From a virus (Duplodnaviria; Caudoviricetes), in IMG/VR virus record IMGVR_UViG_3300031820_000009, positions 1-44,303 of that record: DNA of 44,303 bases, one strand, 5' to 3'. Below the pieces are notes generated by a model. It was not told where the DNA came from, did no database searches, and saw only the letters and a program-made list of their open reading frames with translations. Positions 25,963 through 35,226 of the stretch are shown in pieces. Both the position numbers and the translations under genes were made by a program. Numbering within the stretch: position 1 is the stretch's first letter; each line of letters opens with the position of its first letter.

Positions 25963-26882
25963 GGTTGTTTCGCCGCGCTTGGCGCGTGCAAATCGACACG
26001 CTCGACGTCTCCAATTTAGATATAGAATTCAAGATCTTAGCCACGCTCAAGCCTGAGCCGAACAAAGGCGTAGTGACAGTCTGGAATCTCAATCAAGACC
26101 ACCGCGCGCAAATCCTCAAGCGAAACCGTCCCAACGGAAATCAAACGCACGGAATTCCTGTACAAGTAGAAGCGGGCTATGTCGACAACACGGCGGTACT
26201 GCTAAGCGCAGATCTCCGCGAGGCCGTTTCGCAACGAGATGGCACTGATTGGAAGACTGTCCTGTCAGGTGATGACGCAGGCCGCGCTTATCGCGAGTCG
26301 CGGATCTCCGCGCAGTGGCCTAAAGGCACTCCGATCGGAACCGTTCTGACCCAGTGCGCGCAGGCGCTCGGAGTGGGCTCAGGGAACGTCAACAACTTTA
26401 CCGCCGATGCGGAGATCTCTGGCATCGGGGCTAAGTTGGCGCACTCGTTCACGGCGGACGGAAATGTTTCGCGCGAACTAGATCGATTGCTCAAGTCGAT
26501 CGGATTAACGTGGAGTGTCCAACACGGAGCACTGCAAGTTCTTCGGCGCGGCGCGCCGCTGAACCAAAGCGCAATCCGAATCTCCTCGTCGACAGGATTG
26601 CTCGGATCACCAGAGGCTGCGATTGACGCTACAGTCTCACTCGGAAACCCGCAGCAATTTGCCGCGGGCGCAAAGCTCAAGGTGGCCAAGCCACCCAAGC
26701 CCAAGGATCCGGGAATCCTAAAAATCAAAACTTTGCTCATTCCGGGTATGGCGCCCGGCCGTAAAATAGTGTTAGAATCAGAGCAGTTCAATGGCGGTTA
26801 TATGCTGACCGAAGTCGAGTACGTAGGCCAGTCTTGGACCAGCGGCGAATGGCGCTGTGACTGCGTTGCGCGAGTGTACTAG
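25959..26882 (+). CDS. Baseplate hub protein
   Basis: PN.G.VTVWNL, VEAGY, WSVQ.G.LQ, TGLLGSP motifs. Confidence 0.82.
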   Translation: MRLFRRAWRVQIDTLDVSNLDIEFKILATLKPEPNKGVVTVWNLNQDHRAQILKRNRPNGNQTHGIPVQVEAGYVDNTAVLLSADLREAVSQRDGTDWKTVLSGDDAGRAYRESRISAQWPKGTPIGTVLTQCAQALGVGSGNVNNFTADAEISGIGAKLAHSFTADGNVSRELDRLLKSIGLTWSVQHGALQVLRRGAPLNQSAIRISSSTGLLGSPEAAIDATVSLGNPQQFAAGAKLKVAKPPKPKDPGILKIKTLLIPGMAPGRKIVLESEQFNGGYMLTEVEYVGQSWTSGEWRCDCVARVY

Positions 26883-27608
26883 ATGGACGACAGTTCAAGC
26901 GGCGATACTGGCCTGGAGGAGATCACGTTGGCTGAGCTGATCAGCGACGGAATCGAATCCTATTTGCTCGATCACTTCCACGCTTTGCCTGCGCGTGTCG
27001 ACGCATTCGATTGGAACAATGGAAGCCCCGTTGTCAAGGTCACACCTCTGATCAAGCGCATGATCCCCGACGGCGCAGGAAACTACATCGAAGAATCTTT
27101 GACGCAGCTTCAAGACGTGCCTGTCAAATATTATCGATGCGGCAAGTTCGCATCCGTCTTCCATTTGGAAAAAGGCGATCAGGGTGCGCTCTATTTCGCC
27201 GATCAAAACCTCGGTACCTGGCGAGCGACGGGCAACGTAAGTGCACCGGGCGATATTCGTAGACACGGGCTCGACGGTGCCTTTTTCGCTCCGGGGTTGT
27301 TCGCCGACGCACAGACGATTCAAACCGACCCCAGCTCTGCGATGATTGTCGGGAGAGACGGCGCAGCGGGCGCGCAGATCGAGCTGACGGACTCTGAGGT
27401 ACATCTCGGGCAAGGCGCCGACGATCGCGTACTGACCGCGAAGGACGCACAAGCGCTGCACAACGCAATCGCCAACGCGGCCGTCGTCGCGAATGACGGA
27501 GGCGCGTCCCTCAAGGCAGGGATCCTCTCTGCGCTGGCGGCAGCTGGATGGTCGCCGCTTGCGGGCGTCGTCCAGCTTGGCTGCGCGACGATCAAGGGTA
27601 AGCGATAA
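26883..27608 (+). CDS. Baseplate central spike (gpV / Gp138 N-terminal OB-fold type)
   Basis: ALPARV..FD, V.PLI, L.DVPV, L.KGD.G.L.F.D, RRH.LD.AFF.PG. Confidence 0.82.
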   Translation: MDDSSSGDTGLEEITLAELISDGIESYLLDHFHALPARVDAFDWNNGSPVVKVTPLIKRMIPDGAGNYIEESLTQLQDVPVKYYRCGKFASVFHLEKGDQGALYFADQNLGTWRATGNVSAPGDIRRHGLDGAFFAPGLFADAQTIQTDPSSAMIVGRDGAAGAQIELTDSEVHLGQGADDRVLTAKDAQALHNAIANAAVVANDGGASLKAGILSALAAAGWSPLAGVVQLGCATIKGKR

Positions 27609-28024
27609 TGGCGAGCCTCAAGATTGTACTACCCTCGGAGGTCGACGCGATCAATCCGGTGAGCGGCGATCTATTCCTCACGCCACAAAAGTCAATGCGT
27701 CTGACTCAGACGTTGCGTGAAGAAGTGGCGCAACAGCTCTATATTCGATTCCGTTTTTTTCAAGGCGAGTGGTTTCTCGACGGGTCGGTGGGTGTGCCAT
27801 GGAAGCAATCGATTCTTGGTGTAAAGGTTCCAATCGGAATCGTCTCGCAGATCCTACGTAATGTCTGCGCGCGTTGTCCCGGTGTCGCGCAGGTACAACA
27901 ATTTCAGGTGACGCCGTTCGGCACGCGTCGGCAAGCTAAAGTCGCCTTCTCCGTTTTGCTCACCGATGGGGCTGTTCTTACGAGTTCAGATTACGGCCCC
28001 TTCATCGTCGGCGCGGGGGTGTAA
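27608..28024 (+). CDS. Baseplate wedge / sheath initiator
   Basis: VAQ.L.IR..FF.GEWFLD...GVPW motif. Confidence 0.8.
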   Translation: MASLKIVLPSEVDAINPVSGDLFLTPQKSMRLTQTLREEVAQQLYIRFRFFQGEWFLDGSVGVPWKQSILGVKVPIGIVSQILRNVCARCPGVAQVQQFQVTPFGTRRQAKVAFSVLLTDGAVLTSSDYGPFIVGAGV

Positions 28025-28025
28025 T

Positions 28026-29231
28026 TTGGCGTTTGGGCTCACACCAGAAGGATTCAACCCCAAGACGACTGCCGACGTTCTGTCGAGTGTTCAGGCGGCG
28101 CAGACACAGCAGATCGATCCCAATCTGGATTTACAACCGACGAACCCCCTCGGAGTTCTGAACGGAATAGTAGCTGATGAGATCGGGCAGCTCTGGCAAG
28201 CGCTGCTAGGGCTCTATTCAGGGATGAGCCCCGACGATGCCAGCGACGATCAGCTTACGTCCTTGGGGCTCCTGACAGGGACGCGGCGAAACGATCCGCA
28301 ACCGACGCAGGTTCTTGCGTGCACCGTCAACGTGGACGCGGGATTCAATGCGGCGCCTGGAACCATGTTCGCGCACATCGTCGGGGATGCCGTCGCCGTT
28401 TTCGCGAACAAGGAAATCATCAACAATCCCAACGGATTCGCTGATGACCTAACCGTTGATTTTGTTGCAATCGCAGACGGCCCGCAACAGTGCCTCGCCC
28501 ATACGCTTACCGTGATCGCACAGCCGCTCACCGGCTGGAACAGCGTCGACAACGGCAATGACGGAATCACGGGCGCGAACATAGAATCTGACGCAAGCCT
28601 CCGCCTCCGTCGCGAGCAAGAACTGTCAGCGGCGGGCACCTCTACCGCCGAAGCTATCCGATCCGCGATCCTTGAGGCTTCTCAGCAGAACGTATTCTCA
28701 TCTCTCGTGCAGAGCTGTACGGTGCTGACCAACGATACTGACTCTGTCGATGTGAACGGGTTACCCGCACACTCGTTCGAGGTTATCTGCTATCAACCTG
28801 GGCACACCGATGATGACGATCAAGCTCTCGCTGATCTGATCGCCTCCAACAAAGGTGGCGGTATCAACACTTGGGGAGGCGTGGTCAAATCGCACGTGGA
28901 CTCCCAAGGGCTCAGTGAGACTATCCGTTTCACGCGCCCCGATCCAATCCAAATCTATATCGCGATCACTATCGTCCGTTCTTCTACAGAGATCTATGCA
29001 GGCGATGCGGCCATAAAACAGGTGCTCGCCGACTACGGAAACACGATCGGCGCTGGCGGGACGGTCGTCATCAAACACTTGGAGGCACGCACCTTCGATG
29101 TGAAGGGCGTATTCGACATTGCCTCGCTGCTCGTCGATATGATTCCATCTCCGATCGGAACGAGCAACATCGTGATCAACATTCGACAAGTGCCCACTTT
29201 CTCGACGGCAAACGTCGACGTGACGAGCTGA
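28026..29231 (+). CDS. Baseplate J-like wedge protein
   Basis: FGLT.EGF, G..R, GW.SV.N, ESDA.LR.R, LPAHSFEV, I.F.RP; start probably TTG 28026. Confidence 0.88.
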   Translation: MAFGLTPEGFNPKTTADVLSSVQAAQTQQIDPNLDLQPTNPLGVLNGIVADEIGQLWQALLGLYSGMSPDDASDDQLTSLGLLTGTRRNDPQPTQVLACTVNVDAGFNAAPGTMFAHIVGDAVAVFANKEIINNPNGFADDLTVDFVAIADGPQQCLAHTLTVIAQPLTGWNSVDNGNDGITGANIESDASLRLRREQELSAAGTSTAEAIRSAILEASQQNVFSSLVQSCTVLTNDTDSVDVNGLPAHSFEVICYQPGHTDDDDQALADLIASNKGGGINTWGGVVKSHVDSQGLSETIRFTRPDPIQIYIAITIVRSSTEIYAGDAAIKQVLADYGNTIGAGGTVVIKHLEARTFDVKGVFDIASLLVDMIPSPIGTSNIVINIRQVPTFSTANVDVTS

Positions 29232-29899
29232 TGGCTGCGCTCACACACAAAACCGACTATCTGTCAGAGTCGCTTTCCCGTCTATTAGAGCAGTTCAAGG
29301 GAAAGCCCAGGTTCGAAGCGATCATAACGTCGTATATGCAAGAGCTTCAGGCGGCAGAGGACTCCTTTTGGGATCTCTACGTCGGGCGGCTCCTTCAAGA
29401 AGTGCTCACAAACGGAAGCGCAAACGACGATTTGATCGACAAGATCGGCAAGCTCGTCGGGCAGCCGCGTCAAGATTTCGACAACACGATCTACATCCGT
29501 CTGATCAGCGCGCGCATCCGAACGAATCACAGCGACGGGCGCCGCGAAACTCTGATTGCGATCTTGCAGCTACTCGTTCCAGACGTGTTGATCGAAGCTC
29601 GTGAGTACACCGGATCGATCGTACTCACTGCGCACGGTCCTGTTCTTGTTCCTCCGCAGACAATCGCATTTGAGTTTCTCTCCCGCGCCGTCCTTGCAGG
29701 CGTACGCGGGACCTTCGTCTGGGAGGGCGCAGAGGAATCCGAGACACTTCTTTTCGGATACAAATTCAACAGCTCCGCGATCTTGCAGCCAACCACCGAT
29801 CAGTCCCCAGGCTATTACGGGGGCGGTCCGAGTAGCGGATTTTATGTTCGCGGCGGACTTGCCGCTGGCGCATTTACCTCGGACGGAGGGTCTACATGA
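29231..29899 (+). CDS. Baseplate wedge protein (DUF2612 / gpI-like)
   Basis: LLEQF.GKP, IDKIG.LVG..R, Y...I.A.I..N..DG, AGVR. Confidence 0.78.
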   Translation: MAALTHKTDYLSESLSRLLEQFKGKPRFEAIITSYMQELQAAEDSFWDLYVGRLLQEVLTNGSANDDLIDKIGKLVGQPRQDFDNTIYIRLISARIRTNHSDGRRETLIAILQLLVPDVLIEAREYTGSIVLTAHGPVLVPPQTIAFEFLSRAVLAGVRGTFVWEGAEESETLLFGYKFNSSAILQPTTDQSPGYYGGGPSSGFYVRGGLAAGAFTSDGGST

Positions 29900-31251
29900 G
29901 CCGCCCAACCACAGGGCCAGATTGGGCCACCGACGCCGCGTATACGCACGGCCCCGTCGCCGGACAGCCCAACAAATCGCAGCCGTCGAGTGGAGAGAGC
30001 GCCGAAGGATTTATCCCGGCGCAACCAATTCCGGCCGACTACCTCAACTTCAAGATCAACGAGATCGGTCGTTGGTTGCATTATCTTGACAGCGCCGTGG
30101 GCGCGCTCGTCTTCGGCAACGGGCGCGATGGTGACTTTACGTTCAACGGATCAACCACTCCAAGTTGGGCGACCCGATCCGGCAGCGTTTACACATTGAC
30201 ACGCGACGTATTCGCACACAACTGGACCTTCGGTGCAGGGACCTCGCTGAAAACCGCTGGCTATCGCGTTTTCGGAGCGGGGAAGCTGGACACAACGGCG
30301 TGCACTCCAGGCAGCATCATCACCAACAATGGTTCCGTCGCAACGAATGGCGGCGCGGGCGCGGGGGGGGCCGGGGGCAACGGCGCGCCTTCAGGAACGC
30401 TTGGAGGTGGCGCCAACGGCAGCGTCGGGGGGAAGTCTGCTCCCGGCACAGCAGGAGGTAGCGTGATCAACGCGCTGGGGGGTACTCCGGGCGGCGCGGG
30501 CGGTAATGGATCGCTTACCGCCGGAGGTGCCGGCGGCACCGCGACGTTGCCGACTGCGGTCCTGGGAGGCGCCTCCGCAATCTCCGCCGCAACTGTCGGA
30601 CACGTAATCGGCTCAGGAAACCTCACGCTAGCTGTCGGGGGAGCTGGTGGCGGTGGCGGTGGAGGCGCAGTCAGTGGCGGAGGAGGTGGCGGCGGTGGCG
30701 GTGGCGGCGTCGTGTCCGTATTCTTTCGCGAGCTGGCGCTGGCAGGGGCGAGTGACATACGCGCCGCCGGGGGGAATGGCGGTAGCGGATTCGCGTCCGT
30801 CGGCACCGGAGGGGGCGGAGGCGGAGCCGGCGGCGCGGTGTTCTTGGTGTACGTAACCAAAAACGTAACCGCATTCACCGCCGCTGGCTGTTGCCCGGGA
30901 GGATTCGGCGGCGTGTCAGGCGGGGGTGGCGCAGGCGTCGACGGGGCGACGGGCAACCTTTACGAGTTTCAGATCGGAGAAAGCGATTTCGGCGCGCCTG
31001 AAGCCGCGAGCCAGCGGGGCGTCGCCTCTTTCGCTTCTTCCGGGAGCGGCGCCGGATTCGACTATTTCGATGTCTCACTCGCTCCGAGCATGCCGAATAC
31101 GAGCTACGAAATCGAGCTGTCAGTCGGAATGAATGACGATACGAGTGGTGCGCCGGTCGTTAGCTACCGTCTGAAAACCACAGGTGGTTTCCGAATCCGA
31201 CCAAACGCCAAATTCGATGGAGAAGTATCATGGAAAGCTACTCCTGCTTAG
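29896..31251 (+). CDS. Tail fibre with a glycine-rich domain
   Basis: N-terminal W.T...GF......A.YLN....EI.RWL.YL baseplate anchor; FG.G.DG; long GGxGG repeats; about 75-aa C-terminal beta domain. Confidence 0.82.
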   Translation: MSRPTTGPDWATDAAYTHGPVAGQPNKSQPSSGESAEGFIPAQPIPADYLNFKINEIGRWLHYLDSAVGALVFGNGRDGDFTFNGSTTPSWATRSGSVYTLTRDVFAHNWTFGAGTSLKTAGYRVFGAGKLDTTACTPGSIITNNGSVATNGGAGAGGAGGNGAPSGTLGGGANGSVGGKSAPGTAGGSVINALGGTPGGAGGNGSLTAGGAGGTATLPTAVLGGASAISAATVGHVIGSGNLTLAVGGAGGGGGGGAVSGGGGGGGGGGGVVSVFFRELALAGASDIRAAGGNGGSGFASVGTGGGGGGAGGAVFLVYVTKNVTAFTAAGCCPGGFGGVSGGGGAGVDGATGNLYEFQIGESDFGAPEAASQRGVASFASSGSGAGFDYFDVSLAPSMPNTSYEIELSVGMNDDTSGAPVVSYRLKTTGGFRIRPNAKFDGEVSWKATPA

Positions 31252-31262
31252 AAGGAGGTTCT

Positions 31263-33569
31263 ATGCGCGCGTTTTGGATCGTTGCCGCCTTCGGCGTAGC
31301 GCTCCTCTCTCCTCCGGCGAATGCGCAATACATCGGCGCGACACCTGTCGGACCGGGGATCAAATACACCTGTCAAACCAGTGCGCCCGGACCGGTCAAC
31401 ACCGATCGCGATTGGGTGCGCTGCTCCGATCGGCATTTAATCCACACGAGCAATGCAAACGTCGATAGCGACTTCACCGCCGCGACGGGAATCACTGGCG
31501 TAACACCGGGTAGTTACGTCAGCGCGAACATCACGGTTGGCGCTGATGGGCGCATCAGCTCAGCCGCGAACGGTACTGGCGGGGGATCCTCAGGGTACTC
31601 GTCCGTCATGCAAAACGGCACGCCACTCACAGCGCGGGGCGTTCTCAACTTTTCTCCGCGATTTCTCTGCGTCGATAACTCGGGCGCGACGCGAACCGAC
31701 TGCGATGCGTCTACTAGCGGAGTTGTAGCTGCGACCTATGGAGACGCGACGCACGTCCCGCAAGTTGCCGTCGATACCTACGGGCGCGTTACAGCCGCTT
31801 CTAACGTGTCGATCATCCTCCCTGAAAGCGCGGTCACCAATCTCGTTTCAGACCTCGCGGCGCGCGCGCTTTCATCGACGACCGTTTCGGCGGGTTCTGG
31901 ATTGACCGGCGGAGGCGATCTATCTACCAATCGCACTATCAGCCTCGACACCAGTGGTGTCACAGCGTCGACTTATGGGGACGCAACTCACGTCTCACAG
32001 ATCGCCTTCGATGCATTTGGGCGCGCTACGTCTGCATCTAGCGTCGCCATCTCCTTACCGGAGAGTGCTGTCACCAACCTCGTTTCGGATCTTGCAGCGC
32101 GCGCGTTGACGGCTACTACGATCTCCGTCGGCACGGGTCTGTCTGGCGGTGGCGACCTGTCCACCAATCGGACGATCAATCTCACAGCCACGATGCAGAC
32201 GATCTACAACAACGGCTCCTCGATCGTCGAAGACGCGACGAATAAAGGAATTACAATCGATCAGCACGGCTCTCTGCCTAGCCCGTCTCCAGCGTTCATC
32301 GTCAAGGACACCACGATCACTGATCCTGTCGGCAATCCTTGGGTGAGTTTTGGGATCGTTGATCACGCCATTCGAGGACAGGACGATCTATCGGTGCGGC
32401 AGAGACTTCTCCTCTGGGGTGGTACTACATCCAGCGCATGGGACACCATCATTCAAATCGCCGATGCGCTTGCTAGCAACCTCCCTGCCGGCAATCTATT
32501 GCTCCGTGCTCAGTCTACTGCGCTAGTAAATCATCATGGCGGGGATTTCATCGCCTGTGGCGGCAAGTCCACGGGCGGAGGAGCGGGCTCTGCTGAGGGG
32601 CGCGCATTCCTCGCCTCGCCAAGCACCTGCGACGGCAGCACGATAACCGCGCCGTACATTGGGATTGGCCGTGCAGGTGGCGATACCATGGCCATGGTTG
32701 GCAGCAATCAGTCGATCCTCATCTCTGACGGCAAAGCCACCAATACCACCATCGGGCTAGACTACTATGGCGGCTTGGCGGGATTCCGCGTGACCCACGG
32801 CGGAAGCGACGTGATATCGGCAACAAATAATCAGATCGCCCTCGCAGTATCTGGCGTCAGCAACCAGGTCCAGGTAAGCTCGGATAGTGTCCTAATGGGA
32901 GGCGCTTCGGCGACGACGCAAGTCAAGATCGACGGTGTCAATGGGCGAATCGGGATCGGTACCACGTCACCATCACAGCGGCTCAACATAGACAGCCCAA
33001 GCGGCTCCAGCTATATCCGAGTCACGAGCGGCGGGTCTAATGGCATGTCCCTCGGAACCGACGGCACCAGCGACTACATCCAGGCCACTGCGGCCAATCA
33101 GAAGATTTTCTTTGCCCGATCTGATGCGGCCATCGTCTGCGCTATCGACACCCAAAATTCTCGATTGGGATGCGGTGGGCAATCGTCTCCATCGTATCCG
33201 TTGGACGTGACTGGCATAGCACGCGCAACCTCGCTCGGCGCGTTACAGCAATCGATCGGCTACGGGACCGGCGCGCAAACGGTGAACATATCCGCCGGGG
33301 GATATGTCGTGTTGTCCGCCGCTAACGGCGTGACCCTCGGTGCCATCACTTTGACGGCAGGTACCGTCGATGGACAGGAGATGACCCTGGAGCTAGTCCA
33401 GGGGTCTGGAGGTAACAGCACCTGGCCTACCACCATGACTAATGCCACGTTTGCCGGTGGGACGTTCGCCAAAACATCGACCTCCAGTGCGGTCGACATC
33501 TACCACATGCGATGGTCCACCGCAGGGGCCAAATGGCGCGAGGTCTCACGCGCGCTGAACGAGAGTTGA
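31263..33569 (+). CDS. Tail-fibre/adhesin-like protein with an N-terminal signal peptide
   Basis: AAGGAGG SD; MRAFWIVAAFGVALLSPPANA|Q; fibre repeats (GxYG...VDxxGR, AGxGLxGGGDLS.NRT), GRIGIGTTSP. Confidence 0.75.
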   Translation: MRAFWIVAAFGVALLSPPANAQYIGATPVGPGIKYTCQTSAPGPVNTDRDWVRCSDRHLIHTSNANVDSDFTAATGITGVTPGSYVSANITVGADGRISSAANGTGGGSSGYSSVMQNGTPLTARGVLNFSPRFLCVDNSGATRTDCDASTSGVVAATYGDATHVPQVAVDTYGRVTAASNVSIILPESAVTNLVSDLAARALSSTTVSAGSGLTGGGDLSTNRTISLDTSGVTASTYGDATHVSQIAFDAFGRATSASSVAISLPESAVTNLVSDLAARALTATTISVGTGLSGGGDLSTNRTINLTATMQTIYNNGSSIVEDATNKGITIDQHGSLPSPSPAFIVKDTTITDPVGNPWVSFGIVDHAIRGQDDLSVRQRLLLWGGTTSSAWDTIIQIADALASNLPAGNLLLRAQSTALVNHHGGDFIACGGKSTGGGAGSAEGRAFLASPSTCDGSTITAPYIGIGRAGGDTMAMVGSNQSILISDGKATNTTIGLDYYGGLAGFRVTHGGSDVISATNNQIALAVSGVSNQVQVSSDSVLMGGASATTQVKIDGVNGRIGIGTTSPSQRLNIDSPSGSSYIRVTSGGSNGMSLGTDGTSDYIQATAANQKIFFARSDAAIVCAIDTQNSRLGCGGQSSPSYPLDVTGIARATSLGALQQSIGYGTGAQTVNISAGGYVVLSAANGVTLGAITLTAGTVDGQEMTLELVQGSGGNSTWPTTMTNATFAGGTFAKTSTSSAVDIYHMRWSTAGAKWREVSRALNES
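31713..32183 (+). repeat. Tandem 237-bp (79-aa) internal duplication
   Basis: TSGV.A.TYGDATHV.Q...LPESAVTNLVSDLAARAL...GGGDLSTNRTI.L occurs twice, starting at 31713 and 31950. Confidence 0.9.
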
Positions 33570-33572
33570 TCA

Positions 33573-34271
33573 ATGATCCAACACATCCCACTACAGGCTT
33601 ACGGCCAGGCCGTCACGGGTATCCGTCTGCAAATCGGCGCAACGGTATATTGGGACTTTGCCTGCTTAGATCCGGATAGCCGTGAGCCGCTCGATCTAAG
33701 TGCTGAAGGAATCGCAGTCGTCTCTTCACTATGCGCACGCGATGTTCGCAGACTGCCCACGCAGCCTCCCAAAATATCACGGCAGGGAACGATCACGGAT
33801 GCGCCTCACGGACTCGTCACTGTACCGTGGGCGAGCGGAGATACTGCACCCACAGGCGCGCCGCTCGATCCGGGATTGTACCTCATGGATCTGTGGCTGA
33901 CAGACATCGACGGAAATCGCCGATCGCTGATTGAGATATCCGTCGAGCTACAACCCGCCGAGACATTGCCGACAACGCTTGTCGCGCCGTTGCCGGAGCA
34001 GCCTCCGCTGGGGCAGGGCCCCCCCGGAACTATTGCCGCGGGACTCGTTGCGTTCGCGGCCGTAGGCAGTGGCGCAGGCGTCGACTACGTGGATGTTGCG
34101 ATCTCCCCGACGATGACCGATACAAGCTACAAAATCCTGCTGACCGCCGAGCTGACAGACAGCGATGATCCCGCGCCCACCATCAGTGCGCGGAACAAAT
34201 CGACGACGGGATTTCGTATTCGAACCGACAGCCACTTCGGCGGAAATGTCTCCTGGGCGGTATTGCCATAA
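33573..34271 (+). CDS. Adaptor-like (BppU-type N-terminus) virion protein with a C-terminal domain paralogous to the tail fibre tip
   Basis: P.DLS, I.DA..G.V...W...DT, G.Y..DLW; QGPPG linker; C-terminus resembles that of 29896..31251. Confidence 0.65.
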   Translation: MIQHIPLQAYGQAVTGIRLQIGATVYWDFACLDPDSREPLDLSAEGIAVVSSLCARDVRRLPTQPPKISRQGTITDAPHGLVTVPWASGDTAPTGAPLDPGLYLMDLWLTDIDGNRRSLIEISVELQPAETLPTTLVAPLPEQPPLGQGPPGTIAAGLVAFAAVGSGAGVDYVDVAISPTMTDTSYKILLTAELTDSDDPAPTISARNKSTTGFRIRTDSHFGGNVSWAVLP

Positions 34272-34313
34272 TGTAATACATCAGGTAATCTACCTCCTTA
34301 GGAGGCACGTAAC

Positions 34314-35006
34314 ATGAGCACGACCGCGCGATGGGTTTTGCTGGCGGTGATCGCCAGCGTCAACGCGGGCCTGGTAGCCGCATTGAATTTCAAGGTTTTA
34401 GCGCCCCCGGAGTCGGTGAGATTCGCCCTGATCTCCGTGCTGATTGTGATGCTCGCTCCGCTCGCAGGTTTGCTTAAGAGCCCGATGGGGAAAGAGGAGC
34501 CGTCACCGAAGAGCGATCCCGAGCGCGGCAGCGTCGATGCAATGCTGCTTGTCGTACTGACCGCGAGCAGCGTGTTTTTTCTCCTCACAATGGCCTTTTC
34601 CGGCTGCGCCTCCAACGCTGATGGACTGCGACAGGCGTGCACTGACGTTGATCAGATTCTGACCGTCGCTTATCAATCCACCAGTGACGGATTCAAGGCA
34701 GATCAAACCGCCCTACGTGCCGAGCTGAGCGCAAATCGGATCACGGCGGAGAAAGCGACGAGCCGCCTCGCCGATCACAAAGGGATCGTCGACAAGGTCC
34801 TAGCCTCTCTCGATGTTCTCCGTGAGAGTCAATCTGTTCTGTGCAACGCAATCCCGGCCGTCGAGGCGGGCGTGCGGAAAGACGGCCCCCAATTGATCTC
34901 CGCTATCATGCAGATTGCGGCGGCGGTTCCTCCCCTACTGCAAGCCATTCTTACGCTCACAAGCTCGTTGTCTACTCCACGCCTGAATGGGTGTGCGCAT
35001 GTTTGA
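34314..35006 (+). CDS. Lysis membrane protein: two N-terminal TM segments, internal lipobox-like AFSGC, hydrophobic C-terminus (holin/spanin candidate)
   Basis: AGGAGG SD; hydrophobicity pattern; lies upstream of the endolysin. Confidence 0.55.
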   Translation: MSTTARWVLLAVIASVNAGLVAALNFKVLAPPESVRFALISVLIVMLAPLAGLLKSPMGKEEPSPKSDPERGSVDAMLLVVLTASSVFFLLTMAFSGCASNADGLRQACTDVDQILTVAYQSTSDGFKADQTALRAELSANRITAEKATSRLADHKGIVDKVLASLDVLRESQSVLCNAIPAVEAGVRKDGPQLISAIMQIAAAVPPLLQAILTLTSSLSTPRLNGCAHV

Positions 35007-35226
35007 GGTAATCGTTGCGGCGGCACTCCCGCTACTGAGTAAGCTCCTGCAAATGCTCATCGAGGCACCAAAGGCGAGTAAGGAGCGGTCCGAGGAGATC
35101 CTTGCGCAGCTTCGGGCAGCGGAATCCGCGCTGAGCAAGACAGCCGCCGACGCCCACGCTTCCGTCGAGGCGGAAGCGAAAACAACCCGCGATGCGATCG
35201 CCGTTCGCACCGAGCCCAAACCGTGA
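34999..35226 (+). CDS. Small membrane-anchored coiled-coil protein (possible spanin/holin accessory)
   Basis: Hydrophobic N-terminus then helical Ala/Glu-rich tail; overlaps both neighbours. Confidence 0.5.
   Translation: MFEVIVAAALPLLSKLLQMLIEAPKASKERSEEILAQLRAAESALSKTAADAHASVEAEAKTTRDAIAVRTEPKP

Noticed and set aside
20948-29899. Tailocin, eCIS or T6SS locus
   Set aside because: Linked to capsid, packaging and replication genes, so it is a phage tail
30261-30956. Proline-rich minus-strand ORF, or a PE-PGRS gene on the plus strand
   Set aside because: The minus ORF is the antisense mirror of glycine codons; the plus gene has a phage fibre anchor and no PE domain
31013-34271. Diversity-generating retroelement template/variable repeat pair
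   Set aside because: No reverse transcriptase seen, and the two copies differ far beyond adenine-specific changes
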